Shown here in pieces: positions 23,330 to 35,522 of a stretch of DNA of 64,000 nt (its first letter is position 1; every line of letters begins with the position of its first letter). Below the pieces are notes generated by a model. It did not search any database, was not told the origin of the DNA, and was given only the letters and a program-made list of their open reading frames with translations. This DNA comes from Leucoraja ocellata. Lineage: Eukaryota. A program made the translations under genes and the position numbers. The stretch lies in contig JAWMAR010000009.1 in assembly GCA_036785375.1 (NCBI GenBank), positions 8,928,001-8,992,000 of the forward strand, read 5' to 3'.

Positions 23330-24944
23330 CTGAAAAGAACAAAATAAGTTGATTACTTAACCATGCTGATGATACAGAGACTGGGCAGGCTGGAATGTTT
23401 ACACCAGTGAAGGTTGAGGGGAGATTTAACAGAGGTGTGCAATTTATTAGAGTTAAAAAGCAGGAATTTAACTAAAGGAGGCTAGAAAAAAAGAACCGGA
23501 GACAAGGCAACCAGGTAGGAAGGAACTGCACATGCTGGTTTAATCCAAAGATAGACACAAAAGCTGGAGTAACTCAGTGGGTCAGGCAGCTCTCTGGCTA
23601 AAAGGAATAGGTGGCATTTCAGGTCAAGACACTGCTTCGGACAGAGAGATAGATTCTTGATTAGTACGGGTGTCAGGGGTTATGGGGAGAAGGCAGGAGA
23701 ATGGGGTTAGGAGGGGGAGATAGGTCAGCCATGATTGAATGGTAGAGTGGGCTTAAAGGGGAACAGGAAACAAGAGATAAAGATAAAGTGATATAGAGAG
23801 ATATAGAACAAATGAATGAAAGATATGCAAATAATAACAATGATCAAGGAAAGGTGGAGCCCACAATGGTCCACTGTTGTCTGATCTTTTATCGGTGGGG
23901 GATTCGGTGCACTGCATCTAAGGACAGTGGAAAGTTTAGGGAAGTGTAACTCATTAAGCAGGCTCAATGATGAGACAGCTTGATCCTTTGACTTAGTGAA
24001 TTGAGCCCAATAAACACTTCTTTCCTTGCCAGGTGCCCCTGCTTTGTGCAATGTACATTGGGGATCTCGTTACACGAAGATGCCACGTGCAAACTTATAT
24101 TGTTTCTCTGCGCTTTACAGATCTGCAAATGGTGTATTAGGGAATCCCTGCAGTATTCATTGTCACCACCTACACGCATTTAGTACTTGCACCATGCCAC
24201 AAGTTCAATTTTATCTGTGGTAACGTTTCACCTCCTTAACAAGCAAGTGTCTACTTCTGCCTTTAAAATATTCCACGATTCTTCTTCTACTGCCCCTAGA
24301 GTTCCAAAGATTCACGAAATGAAAAAGCACTACTGTGTATAAAACCCTATTCACAAAGTTTCAAGGGATGCATGATTGGGATTGTAGTCCATATGGAGTA
24401 CACATCGCCTGAAGGAGGAGACTCCTCCTTCAATCACTGCCCTCACTATGTGGCAGCTTAAACATTTACAACCAAATACAGCCAGTCCGAACTCAGCTTT
24501 CTCCGGAGATGGTTACCAGCACAGAGTTTGGTCTTCAGCCAATTACTAATGTCATTCAATGTGAATCAAATATCTGCATCAGGGAGAAAACACTCCAGTG
24601 GCTAGAGACATACTTTCCACAAAGGAAGACGAGTGTGGATTTCAGCGAACAATCATTCGCACCACTGTGTTCAACGAGTGTAACCACCACTCCTTCCCAT
24701 TGCTGAGTTTACTGCCATCAACATCCTGGGGAGTCATGATAGGAGAGGGAAGTCACCATTGATTACAGATTCAACTGGACCAAACACCATGGTGACATAG
24801 TGACAAGGTGGGAATATAATATACTCTCATCCTGCCTTTCTACAAGCATGGATTAGGGGTGCATTGGAATACTCTGGATGAGTGCAATTCCAATAATATT
24901 AAACAATATGCTGAATAAAGCAGCCCACTCAATTGGTACCTCAT

Positions 24945-25257
24945 GCACCACTGCAGCTGCTGAATATCCCGCGGTCTAGGCATAAGCTTAGGGGCGACCG
25001 CGCCTTTGCGGTTGCAGCTCCTAGACTGTGGAACAGCATCCCCTTTCCCATCAGAACTGCCCCCTCCATCGACTCCTTTGTCAAGACTAAAAACGTATCT
25101 ATACTCCCAAGCCTTTCCTAACGTCCACTGAGCGAGGGCTATTTGTATATATGTATGTAGTTTGTTTGTTTATACTATTCTTATATCAAATGTAAAGCAC
25201 TTTGGCCAACGAGAGTTGTTTTTTAAATGTGCTATATAAATAAATGTGACTTGACTA
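24945..25257 (+). mobile_element. L2-clade LINE 3' end
   Basis: RSRHKLRGDRAFAVAAPRLWNSIP, tgtaaagcactttg...gtgctatataaataaa 3' UTR and gactt tail. Confidence 0.85.
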
Positions 25258-26085
25258 TTAGCTTCACCACCAGTATTCTCCCAGGTGCAATGTACGTCTT
25301 CACAAAATGCTAAATTTACAAATTCATCCAAGCTATTCTAACATCTTCTTAACCTACAATGTCTACAGTCCAGGAGAACAAGGACAGAAGGTGAATGGCT
25401 GTATCACCAACTGCATGTTCTCCAAGTCGCATACCATATTGACTTAGAAATATATTGCTGATATATCATAGTTGCTGATAAAAAATCCTGGCACTCTCTA
25501 CACAGCAGTGAGACTAATTCACTACAATGTCATCCTTGCCAGAGGTGTCTGGATATTAATAAAGGTATAAATTATAAAAATAAAATTGACTCCAGAATGC
25601 GACTGACTAACATCAACTGAAAAATGAGAGAAAGGGAAAGAACAATTCCAGTGATCAGTCTTACACCAGAAAATAATCTTAAGAATCTACTGGGTCCTTG
25701 GTAAATGGGACTAGCTTAGATGGAACATTTTGGTCCCCATGGACTAGTTGGGACGAAGGGACTGTTTCCAAACTGAATGATTCTATGACTGGGCTACTGT
25801 CAGGTACTTAGAAAATACATATGAATACACCTATGAAGAAAAAAAAAGTTTTTTTCTATTAACCCAGAAAATGTATGGGTGATTTGATGAAAGTATAAAA
25901 CCAAACACCAAGAAACAAAGAGTTTCACTCTATTTCATTTTTTTGTATTTTTCAATACCAGTTTTACATAGAATTCAAGTCTGGCTGTGCAATAGTATGT
26001 TTAAATGCTGAATCACATAAATACATTTTCAAAAGCAAGGCTCACTCAATTAATTTTGCTTGCAGCCTGAGCCGCTGTACATTAC

Positions 26086-26209
26086 CTGTGCACATATCCC
26101 ATTCTATGAATATAAACCAAGGCCTTTAGCACCCCATGCAGGATGTAGGCAATTGTGGGCTCATTCAGACCATCAGTAAAATGGGTGTTCATCAGATCTT
26201 TAGCAGAAC
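26086..26209 (-). CDS. STRADA: STRADA exon ([41 protein letters not shown])
   Basis: 124 nt, taccag/gtaatg. Confidence 0.95.
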
Positions 26210-26899
26210 CTGGTAAGGAGACCACATAACATAATTAACATCTATTTAAAATGGAACGCATCTGTGAACGACAGGTTTGGAAATCTGTCAGAACTAGACA
26301 GAAACTAGTGTTTATACGGGAACAGGAGCATTATCAAGCAAACTTTGACACAGAATCACCAGAAAATATTAACAAATGCGATGAAAAATTTGAAGAGGAG
26401 GTTTTCATTTCAAACAATGAAGGGAGGAAATTATGGTATCTGAAGATCCAACAGTCAGTGATTGTGACTAAATTTGAGGATGTTCAAGGGGCAAATATTA
26501 TAGGAACACTTAGAGGATATTATACAGGTAGGAGGGTGAAGCCATAGGGATTTAAAAATAAGTATGGAAAAACAAAACCAAGTGTAAGCACAAGTTGTTG
26601 AATGAATGGAACATGCAGCTTGCTGAGTTTGGGATGTACTCGGATTAATGGGAGAGAGAAGATAAGAATATGGTCAGGATGCAAGCCAAAGTCAGGCGAT
26701 ACAGAGGTAGAAACAAGCAGCCTGGTGGCAAACTCATCACAGAGTTACATATGGCCCCAACGTTGCAAGCAGCATGGCAATCAATAACTTTAACATTGCA
26801 CAATCCACAATGAATGGATTGGAAAGAGCTCAGCAACGTGAAAATGTAATACGAGTTTCAAAGCCACAATATTCTCCATGACTGGTGTGCCAAACTTAC

Positions 26900-27008
26900 C
26901 ATAGGCCATGAATGGAGTCACTATCCACACCTCATTGTTGGTGATCAATGTGGCTTTGTATGGTAATATATTGGGGTGGTGAAACAATTTTGATATGTGG
27001 AGCTCACC
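26900..27008 (-). CDS. STRADA: STRADA exon ([37 protein letters not shown])
   Basis: 109 nt, cactag/gtaagt. Confidence 0.95.
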
Positions 27009-27926
27009 CTAGTGTATGAAAACAGTTAGGTTACCAAATAACATGCTTTAGCAGCTAATGAGTTAACAGAGTAAAAGTATCCACTTAGTGGAGTACTTAA
27101 CACATCTTTCTCCACTATTCTGTGCATCTGTTCAATGCGCTATTCTATTCTTTCTTTGACAATTTTGTGTTAAAACATTATTCACAGCCAATTAGAGGTT
27201 TATAATAATATACTGAACAGAAGGCACAATAGACAACCATCATTACTTCTAAAGTTCTAATATCCATATAAGGTGCTTCCAACGCGTTTCATTTCTCACT
27301 ATTAAAAATGTTCTAAATTCAAAACTCTCACCAAATTTGCATCAAACATCACATTTTTATGGGGTTTTTTGGGCATGAATTCATGCAGTTTTGGAGAGCC
27401 TTTGGATCTATTGGTGTGCAAGAAATGAAAGCTTGCTGGTTGCTCTTCTGGGCTTGTGCTTCTCTGCAAAGCCTGGTCTGTAGCATTTCAATGGGACTAT
27501 TAGATGGTTAATATGAATACCCATTTAATCTTTCTAAACTATTGAAGAATATAAAGCCAGCAGGAAAGAGCCCACACAGGGAATATAAAGAACCAAAAGG
27601 GGCCATGAAATGTTATTGGCAAGTTGGATTAAAGAAAATCTCAAAGCTGTTTACATGTACATTAAAAACATGGAGGTAAGTTGAGAGTTGGGAAGGAGTC
27701 CCCAATCAAGGACAAAGGAATCAATTTAGACTTGGAGTCAGAAGATGTAGGAAAGGCACTAAATCAGTACTTTTTATCTGTATTCACCAAGAAGGACAAG
27801 GATATTTTTTTAACTCCATTTTTAACTTCCCCCTCTCACTTTAAACCTATGACGACTAGTTTAGTCTCCACTACCTTAGGGAAGAGAATGTGGCCATTCA
27901 CCTTTCCGTAACTAACAGGACCTTAC

Positions 27927-28048
27927 CTGTAATAAAGCAAGCATCTCGTTGGTGCAGTTGTCCAAGTTCATTCTCCGAACAGCCACCTGATGGCCAGTGC
28001 GTTTACACCTCCCCAGGGTTACAGTCATGATGTCATCAAACCCTTTAC
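27927..28048 (-). CDS. STRADA: STRADA exon ([41 protein letters not shown])
   Basis: 122 nt, gcccag/gtaagg; glycine loop, and VAVRR replacing VAIK. Confidence 0.95.
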
Positions 28049-29488
28049 CTGGGCGAGAAAGACAGCTTTTTTTTTTAAATGCCACAATTAAAGCAGAGTC
28101 GGTGCGGAATCATCTCAATAGTTGCGGTTCACAACTACATCCACCCAATTTAACGACGGGATTCATTCTGTTTGCAAATACTCCGTTGGCAGATGTTTGC
28201 CTCATACTTCTTGCTCTGGTTGACCTTGGGTTAGTTCATCAGTTTCTCAAAAAACCAAAGATCAAATATTCATGGCTCCATCCAGAATTTAATTAATTGC
28301 ACAACATTAGCCCATTCTCCATTGCAGTTATAAGGAAGTTAGAAATAATCAAACTTTGGCTTTACCTGCCTGCATAAGTAGATGGAATCAACTGCATGAA
28401 AATACTTTGAGTAGGATTTGTTTTCTGGTGCGTGGATTAAGAGTTCTCCTTTAAACATGATAAACAAATTACTGGGACGTTCATGCAATAGCTTTTTCTG
28501 GAATTGTGTTATCATAAATGCCTTTCTAAGTCAATTCCCCACATAATGCTTCACTAAGGAAAGTGCTTTAAGGTATTTGCTTTCAAGACCAACAGTGCTT
28601 TAACATAGTGAAAGACATTTTGTACAAAGCTGTTCACTGGCAAGAATACCCGAAAAAGCTCATCTCCTTTTAATTTTGACCTATGCTTTAGTTGTGTTCA
28701 CTTGCAGATGTTGACATGGGGAAAGAAAATGGGAGAAATATCGTCACTTTAAAGCTTTGTTTACATAACAATTCCCTATTTAATAAAATTGGGCAAATTC
28801 ACCACACATTGCACTGTAACACTGAACATCTCTTCAACGTGTTGAAGTGAGAGATTTAATAACAACAAATCTGTTATTTACTTAAACTTTCCCAAAAAAA
28901 TGGAAGCAAAAAAAATCCCCCCCCCAAAAAATATTTCCGAAGCAGCTGGCACTATTTATAACAGAAGGAAGTTAAATTCTGATGGTGAAAGCTCAGTAAA
29001 AATATTTACTGTATCACAATAAAATATAGGGAGAATATTGCTTGATCATCATCAATCTCCGGAATTATAGGATCATGGGGAAAAATTGACCTGACCCAAT
29101 GTGCAAAGATGTCAATGAAGTTGAATGCAATCCTGGTTATTTTTACTCTGACGAAATTCCATTCTATCATTTTGTTGGTGGTTGCAGACTACTCGGCGTT
29201 TAACTGTTCTGGAAGGTCTAAGGACTTATTTCCAATCCAAGGTGAAACCTGTTATCAGAATCTGACTGCATTGCTCTCCTCTGTCTTCTGCCACAAAAGG
29301 ACTTCAGCATCAACAGTATGGAACCATTATTACCTTTCATTATTCCATCAGTCTATCTTTTCACTATTCCTTCAAAATGCCGGATCAACATTTTTAACTC
29401 TCTGCCTGAAAAGATATAATGGAAAAACGTTCTTGCATAAACATGCACACATGTTCACAGACACACACCCACACGCCACACACATTAC

Positions 29489-29591
29489 CTATTGCAGTCA
29501 GCAGTTCATAGGAACCACTGTCTGCTGGGTAGTTGTTCATGGTGTCCCAGTTCTGGGGAGGCGCAATATTTTCCGATGAGCGTTCATCTGT
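29489..29591 (-). CDS. STRADA: STRADA exon (TDERSSENIAPPQNWDTMNNYPADSGSYELLTAIG)
   Basis: 103 nt, ccttag/gtaatg; corresponds to the human TNDASSES...YELLTVIG segment. Confidence 0.9.
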
Positions 29592-32094
29592 CTAAGGGAG
29601 AAAATAAATAGATCATCAGTAATGCCACTGACTGGGGAATTCCAGTAAGGTCAGCTTACAGTAATGTTCAACTCAACAGGCTAGCTCCAATCCTCTTCAA
29701 ATTTTGGATAAAATTTAGTAATCTAAGACAAAGTTGTACTATAACATTAAATGATTCAAAATGTAAACAGGTGCAACTAAGAAAGAACGATGAAAGAGCC
29801 TGTCTGTAGGCAGTGAGTAACAAAGGCAAACATTTAATAGAATGTAGTATTGAGCAAGGTCATGATGGAAGATGATGCACTGAATAAAGGTATTGAAGAA
29901 AGAAGGAACCAAGGGTTTTGGTAAGATCGTTGTTGGTTGATTCTCATGAAAGGACAAGTTTCTTGGATCTAAGGGTCTTCACATTCCTAAAGTTCTCCAG
30001 TTTTCCTTTTAATGGCAATACGTTAATTTATATATTTTTAAAAATTAAGCAGATTTGGTAATTCAATCCTGGCAATAAATACCAGGGCCACCCAGAAGTC
30101 CACGACTGCAAAGCCCTGCACACAATTTCCATTAGATGCATTGCACCCTAGACTTCAGTAGGGCAAGATTTGTGTTGTGCAACTTTTACAGATTATAATC
30201 AAATGCAACAGAACGTGCAGATTAAACAAACATTTTCATTGTATATCAGCACACGTAACAATAATAAATCAACACCAATTTATTTTAAATAACCTTCTTT
30301 GATTTACCATTTTTTTTACCTCACTTGCTATTCTCTTATCCTCATTACTGCTCATATAAACATTCATTATAGCAGTTGTTTAAGAAAGATTCATTATAGC
30401 AGCATGTGAGTGACTTTTAGAAAATCATATTGATGCACTGGGAATGGAGGGATATAGATCATGCACAGACAGAAGGAATTAGTTTCAATTGGCATCATGT
30501 TCGGTACAGATATTCTGTTTTGTTTCCATGCTGTACTGCACTGCTCTATGTTTCACATACAAATTCATCTAATTATGTGGACAGCACTCGCTTTCAAGAC
30601 TAAAGGGTCATTTGGAGAAGAATCAGTGAATTTGATGGCAGGGATAGTTCGTGTCCAAGCTCAGTGATTTCACATTCCCCTTGTAGGCTATCGGTTCAAG
30701 CCACGTGTGAGACTCAAACATATAATGTTAGCATTCTTATGGATATGACCGTGTCTGGATAATGAAGGAACTGGAGCGGAGAGCATGAAAGAGCAACAAA
30801 CATAATTGAATAGCAGAGCACGCATAAGCGGCCAGTGTTTTTACTCTTATGTTCTCCCACAGTGCATCACCTTGCTCCCTACCTTACACATAAGCAGTTC
30901 ACACATCCTTTGAGTTTTACCCCTTGAAATCCCTTAAAGCCCATCTATAATAAACTTATTGATTCTCGCAGGCTAAATATTTTGCTAAAAGCTGAGCTAT
31001 TAGCTAGTTTCTACTCATTATCCATTCTTCATTTTTATTCAAAGAGGGGTGAGGAGGTTAAATTCCTTGCATCAAAGGATCATGCATCATTCTTGTTTGT
31101 CCTGCCATGCAGATGATCTGCTACTGGAAGTGGAACCCACTCACTAGGTGAGCAAACAGACCAGCAAGAATAATGCTTTCCTTTGAGGGAATTTCCTGCT
31201 TTTAAGCCTAGCACTCTGCCACACAATATTTCATCACAGAAAAGTAAAAGATTTCCACTAACTATAAAAAAGCTGAAGAATGGGATTAGGCAAACAGCAT
31301 CCATGCACAGGGGTGCAAAGGAGTCTACAATGGGCTCATTGACCTTAGTCAACGACTCACACTACAGAATAACCAGGCAGAAATTCACAGCAAGGGCGTG
31401 GTAGAGCTTAATATCAAGCAGTACAGCACAAGGCGCAACAATGTCATCAGTGCAAGCAGTGTATAATAAACAAGCCTATCAGAGAGCCATAAAGTGAAAT
31501 AAAAGAAACTTACTCAAGATATCAGTTTGCACTTAGAGCACTTTTTACAAAGTCCTTCCCCCACCACACCCCAAACAAAATTCAAGCAAAAATAGCTATT
31601 TTTTAAAGCAAATACACTTTGGCTCAGATCTCCAGATCAGCCTAATGAAGAGAGTTCCAGCTCGGCACAGAGCCATGAATCTAGTGCTAATAAGGAGTGC
31701 AGCACCTAGGAGGCCATATTTTGAAGGAAACATTGAACATAGCTTCCCACCGCAGTTAGAATTTAAAAAAAAATCACAGGCAATTGCTTTCACCAGCTAA
31801 ACATGTACCACTAGATTCAGGAACAGTTTAATCTCTGCTGTTATTATACAATAAATAGTATTCCTGATACAATACCAAATTTTCCAACTTCTGAATATTT
31901 ACTCTCTCTGTCCATATGGGAGCTGCCATTTTTGCTTGTCATTCAACTGAGATTTTGGCTCTGGTTCCCCCTCCCCTCTCCATTAACACAGCCTGACGAC
32001 TATTTGCAACACATCACATTTCTTTGTCCCCCTCTAAATGCTCCATTAATAACTCATCTTCATAGCAACGCAGGCCTCAACCTATCACAGATGT

Positions 32095-32415
32095 AGGGCG
32101 GCTGCCTCACAGCACCAGAGACCCAGTGCACCAGAGCTCTGTGTGTAGTTTGCACCAAAGATCTTATAGCGGAGCTATAGGATCTTTGGTTTGCACGTTC
32201 ACCCTGTGACTGCATGTGTTTCCTCCGGATGCTTTAGTTTCCACCCACATCCCAAAGAAGTGTGGGTTTGTAGGTTAATTGGCCCCTGTAATTTGACCCT
32301 GGTGTGTTGGGAGGGGATGCAAAAAGTGAGATTATATAGAATTAGTGTGAACAATGATTGGTCAGCATGGTCTTGGTGGGCCGAAGGGCCTGTTTCCATG
32401 CTGTATCTTTCAACC
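32095..32415 (+). mobile_element. V-type/HE1-like SINE with CR1-like tail (other copies ~43690-44125 -, ~54515-54930 +, ~61240-61450 +)
   Basis: gctgcctcacagc head, tttgcacgttc..cccacatcccaaaga..taggttaattggc core, gggccgaagggcctgtttcc tail. Confidence 0.75.
32156..32188. mobile_element. 33-bp palindromic insertion, 8-bp TSD GTTTGCAC, nested in the SINE
   Basis: caaagatcttatagc-gga-gctataggatctttg; TSD at 32148-32155 and 32189-32196. Confidence 0.8.
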
Positions 32416-34655
32416 AATCAATGCCATGTCCCTTTCAACAGTACACCCACCTTCCCTGTTAAAGTCTACTTTTTACCGCCTCTTTCCACAGATGCTGCCT
32501 GACCTGCTGAGAGTTTCCAGCATTTTCAGTTTGCGTTTCTGATCAGAGATGATTTTAAGAATAAAGAAAATGCAGATCATCAACAGCTTTGGCTCGGACA
32601 GTACTGGACAATTCCATGGAAATGCTGATCGCTGGACGGTTGTACTTATCCAGATTTGGGGCCATGCTCTATCCTCTCAGGTTCTAATATGGGTTATTAA
32701 CTCCTGGCTAGGAACACATCTTTAAAGAAAGGTAATCTTTGTATGAAAAAAAATTAAATGAAATCGCAATCTTAATCCAATAAATTGTAAAGCTTTTGTT
32801 GTTTTGTCTGGTTTCTTTTCTATCACATTTAGCCACCTCATCCTGACATGTTGCACTATTCTCAGCTGACAGCATCTTTGTCTTCGGCTTCCAAGCTGGA
32901 GCTCAGAGGTGTAGCAGTGTCACCTGCCAGTTATAATTTTTCTCACTTGGAAATTGTCAAAACTCTTGCAGTTCTGCATCTCAATCAGTAATTCAATGTC
33001 TGGCATATGGTTTCGGTGCAGAACTAGTGATTCTAGATGACACATCCAAAAGATTAAATTACCTCGGTAACAGGGGAGTTTAAAGTTAATGTCAATAAAG
33101 TCAGATGTCTTAAAAACTTACCTGCAAAGGAAATTTTTTGTCTCAAGATTTAAAGTGATATTTACAGTTAACTGCACTCTGAAATGGCTCTGCACTCCAC
33201 TCAGTACAAACGCAATGTAGGACACCGTAATTCAACCAGTAAGGGCAGTTCAGAACACAGTTGTCTGCCACTTTAATTTTCAGTCTCATTTCCACTCTAA
33301 TCTTTTTGTCTAGCCTCCTACACTGTTATAACAAGGCCCAATGCAATCTTATGGAATTGCAACTCAACTTCTGCCAGACATTTTGCAGCTATCTCAACTC
33401 AATATTAAATTCTGTAACTTTAGATAACTTGCTTTTTCTCAGCATCAGAACTGGCTGGTTCTGCCGAGTGTCATCCATTGTTTGTTTTGTCTCCCTGTTT
33501 GCACAGCCTGACCTGCCGATATGACCCATCGCTCTGCACTTTGCAACTTTTACATTGCTTTCTTCCAATTGCCCTCATTAACCCGACTAAGTGACCTCAT
33601 CCATAATCCATCAGATGGCAACCCTAATTTTACCCCATCATGGAATATTTATTTTATCCACCCAACTCTCTAGCAAATTTATACATAATGTGTTTTTTCA
33701 CTTACTAAATTCTGACAAAGGGTCTCCATCTTCAAATGCTAACCACTAACCTGCTGAATGTTTCAGCATTTTGTTTTTATTTCAGATCTTCAACATCTGC
33801 ATTTTTTTGATTTTCTACAAATCCTAGAAATGTGTAAAAAGGTAGCTGCTGCACAAAAGCACAGCCCACAAGAAGGTTCTGAAGCTTAGCATTGTGAAGG
33901 ATTTTGCCATGGGTCATGAGAGGATTCAGATATACAGCAGAATTTGGCAGAGCTCCCTTTCCTTGGGCTTAGGTGCTTAGTTGAGCAACTGCAATCAATT
34001 ATTTCCCAAATTTCAAAGTGTTTTAGGATTAGTATTATGGATTTAGTACAGCAAAATGAACTGCCCCGGAAACAACAATGGAAATTTGTACAGGTACAAT
34101 GGAAAAGGTGTAAATGCAATGACCTATATGGATGATAGCAAGAACCGAGAGATGATAAATCAAAAACTTTAACAAGCTGGTAGTTTTTTTTTCCAGAAAG
34201 GCAACTGGTGCAACACAAATACATAAATCTAAAGCAGTTTAAATGGGTAAATGTGTACAAATCTTGCAAAGAAAGCCAAAACTAGACAATCAACCAGTCA
34301 GCGTCAAATCCAGAGTTGTGAGAAATTGCAACTTCCTCCACACAGACTGCCTGAGGTAGAGGAAACTGGATAAGTACAAGGACATCTGGATAGCGTGGGG
34401 TGAAAAGGAATGCAAGGAGGGAGGGTCATGGGTTGGGCTAAACGCCCCTTTTTTACACAGTGTATAACAAACTTGCCCCATGCAGAAACAAAACCAAAGT
34501 TGCTATGAAATGTGAACACCAAAGTAAAATGCTTTGCAGCAAATGTCTGACATGCAGGAGATCAAACCTTATATTTCCTGTAGTCAGTCACATACCACTG
34601 CACAAAGATTCACATGCAATCAACACAAGACACCCTTTTGGTGGAGAGTACTCAC

Positions 34656-34684
34656 CTTCCTGTGATACTCCGCTCGAGGCCGCT
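34656..34684 (-). CDS. STRADA: STRADA micro-exon (ERPRAEYHRK)
   Basis: 29 nt, strong ttctttgcttcag/gtgagt sites, phase 1 to 0; same length as human EQPPGDTRRK. Confidence 0.75.
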
Positions 34685-35437
34685 CTGAAGCAAAGAAACT
34701 AAGTTGATTTTTAATATTAGGGCAAAACAACTAGTAAACAAGACTGGTAAACCTGACCATAGGTGTCATCAATCCAAGTCACTGCCATATGGTGCGAGAA
34801 TTATAGATCGATGAGAGTTATTAAACTGCCTTTTATCAATAATTATGGTATTTGAAGGATGAGAATTTGGTGTCAGATGATTTAATAAGCAAAGTGTCCT
34901 TCTCACATAGACATTAGTCTCCATGTATAAAAAAACGGCATGACCATTACCACTGAATAAATGTGTAACGATACTATAGAATGCTAAGAGATCAGAGCAT
35001 AGGTTGCAAATGATAGAAAATAGGAAATACAGCATACATTTAAAACATCACAAAGTTTCCCTCCCAAATGTCGAGACACCATTTAGATAAAACTACTAAA
35101 GTGGATTGCCTGCATGATTGCTGCATGCATCCAAAGTAAATCACATCACATGTGGGAAGAGAAAAACTTGCACCATTTTTACGTCGCAACTTGCATCATT
35201 TTTACGTTGCAAGAATTGTTTTATGAGGATTCATGAAAGGGAAACAAGAGCACGAGGGAAAAGCCTAGAGTAGCACGGATAAGATATATAAGAGATCATT
35301 GTTGTAGCCAAGAAAGGGTCGGCTGCAAATGAGTTGAAGGGTATGGATGATAAATGAATTACTCCAGAGACAAAGACACTGAAAACAGCACAAGAAAAAG
35401 GCCAACAATACCCAGCCAACCATACATATTTTCTTAC

Positions 35438-35522
35438 CCACAGGTATCAAATCCTCCAGGTGAAGGCAACAAATGAAATTTGCAGCGAGTTTCCAAAAAC
35501 ACCCAAAATTATGAAATGGGTG
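35438..35522 (-). CDS. STRADA: Candidate STRADA N-terminal exon (HPFHNFGCFWKLAANFICCLHLEDLIPV)
   Basis: Strong gtaaga donor in the phase-1 position required by the next micro-exon; open frame; acceptor (ttgccag) weak and uncertain. Confidence 0.4.
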
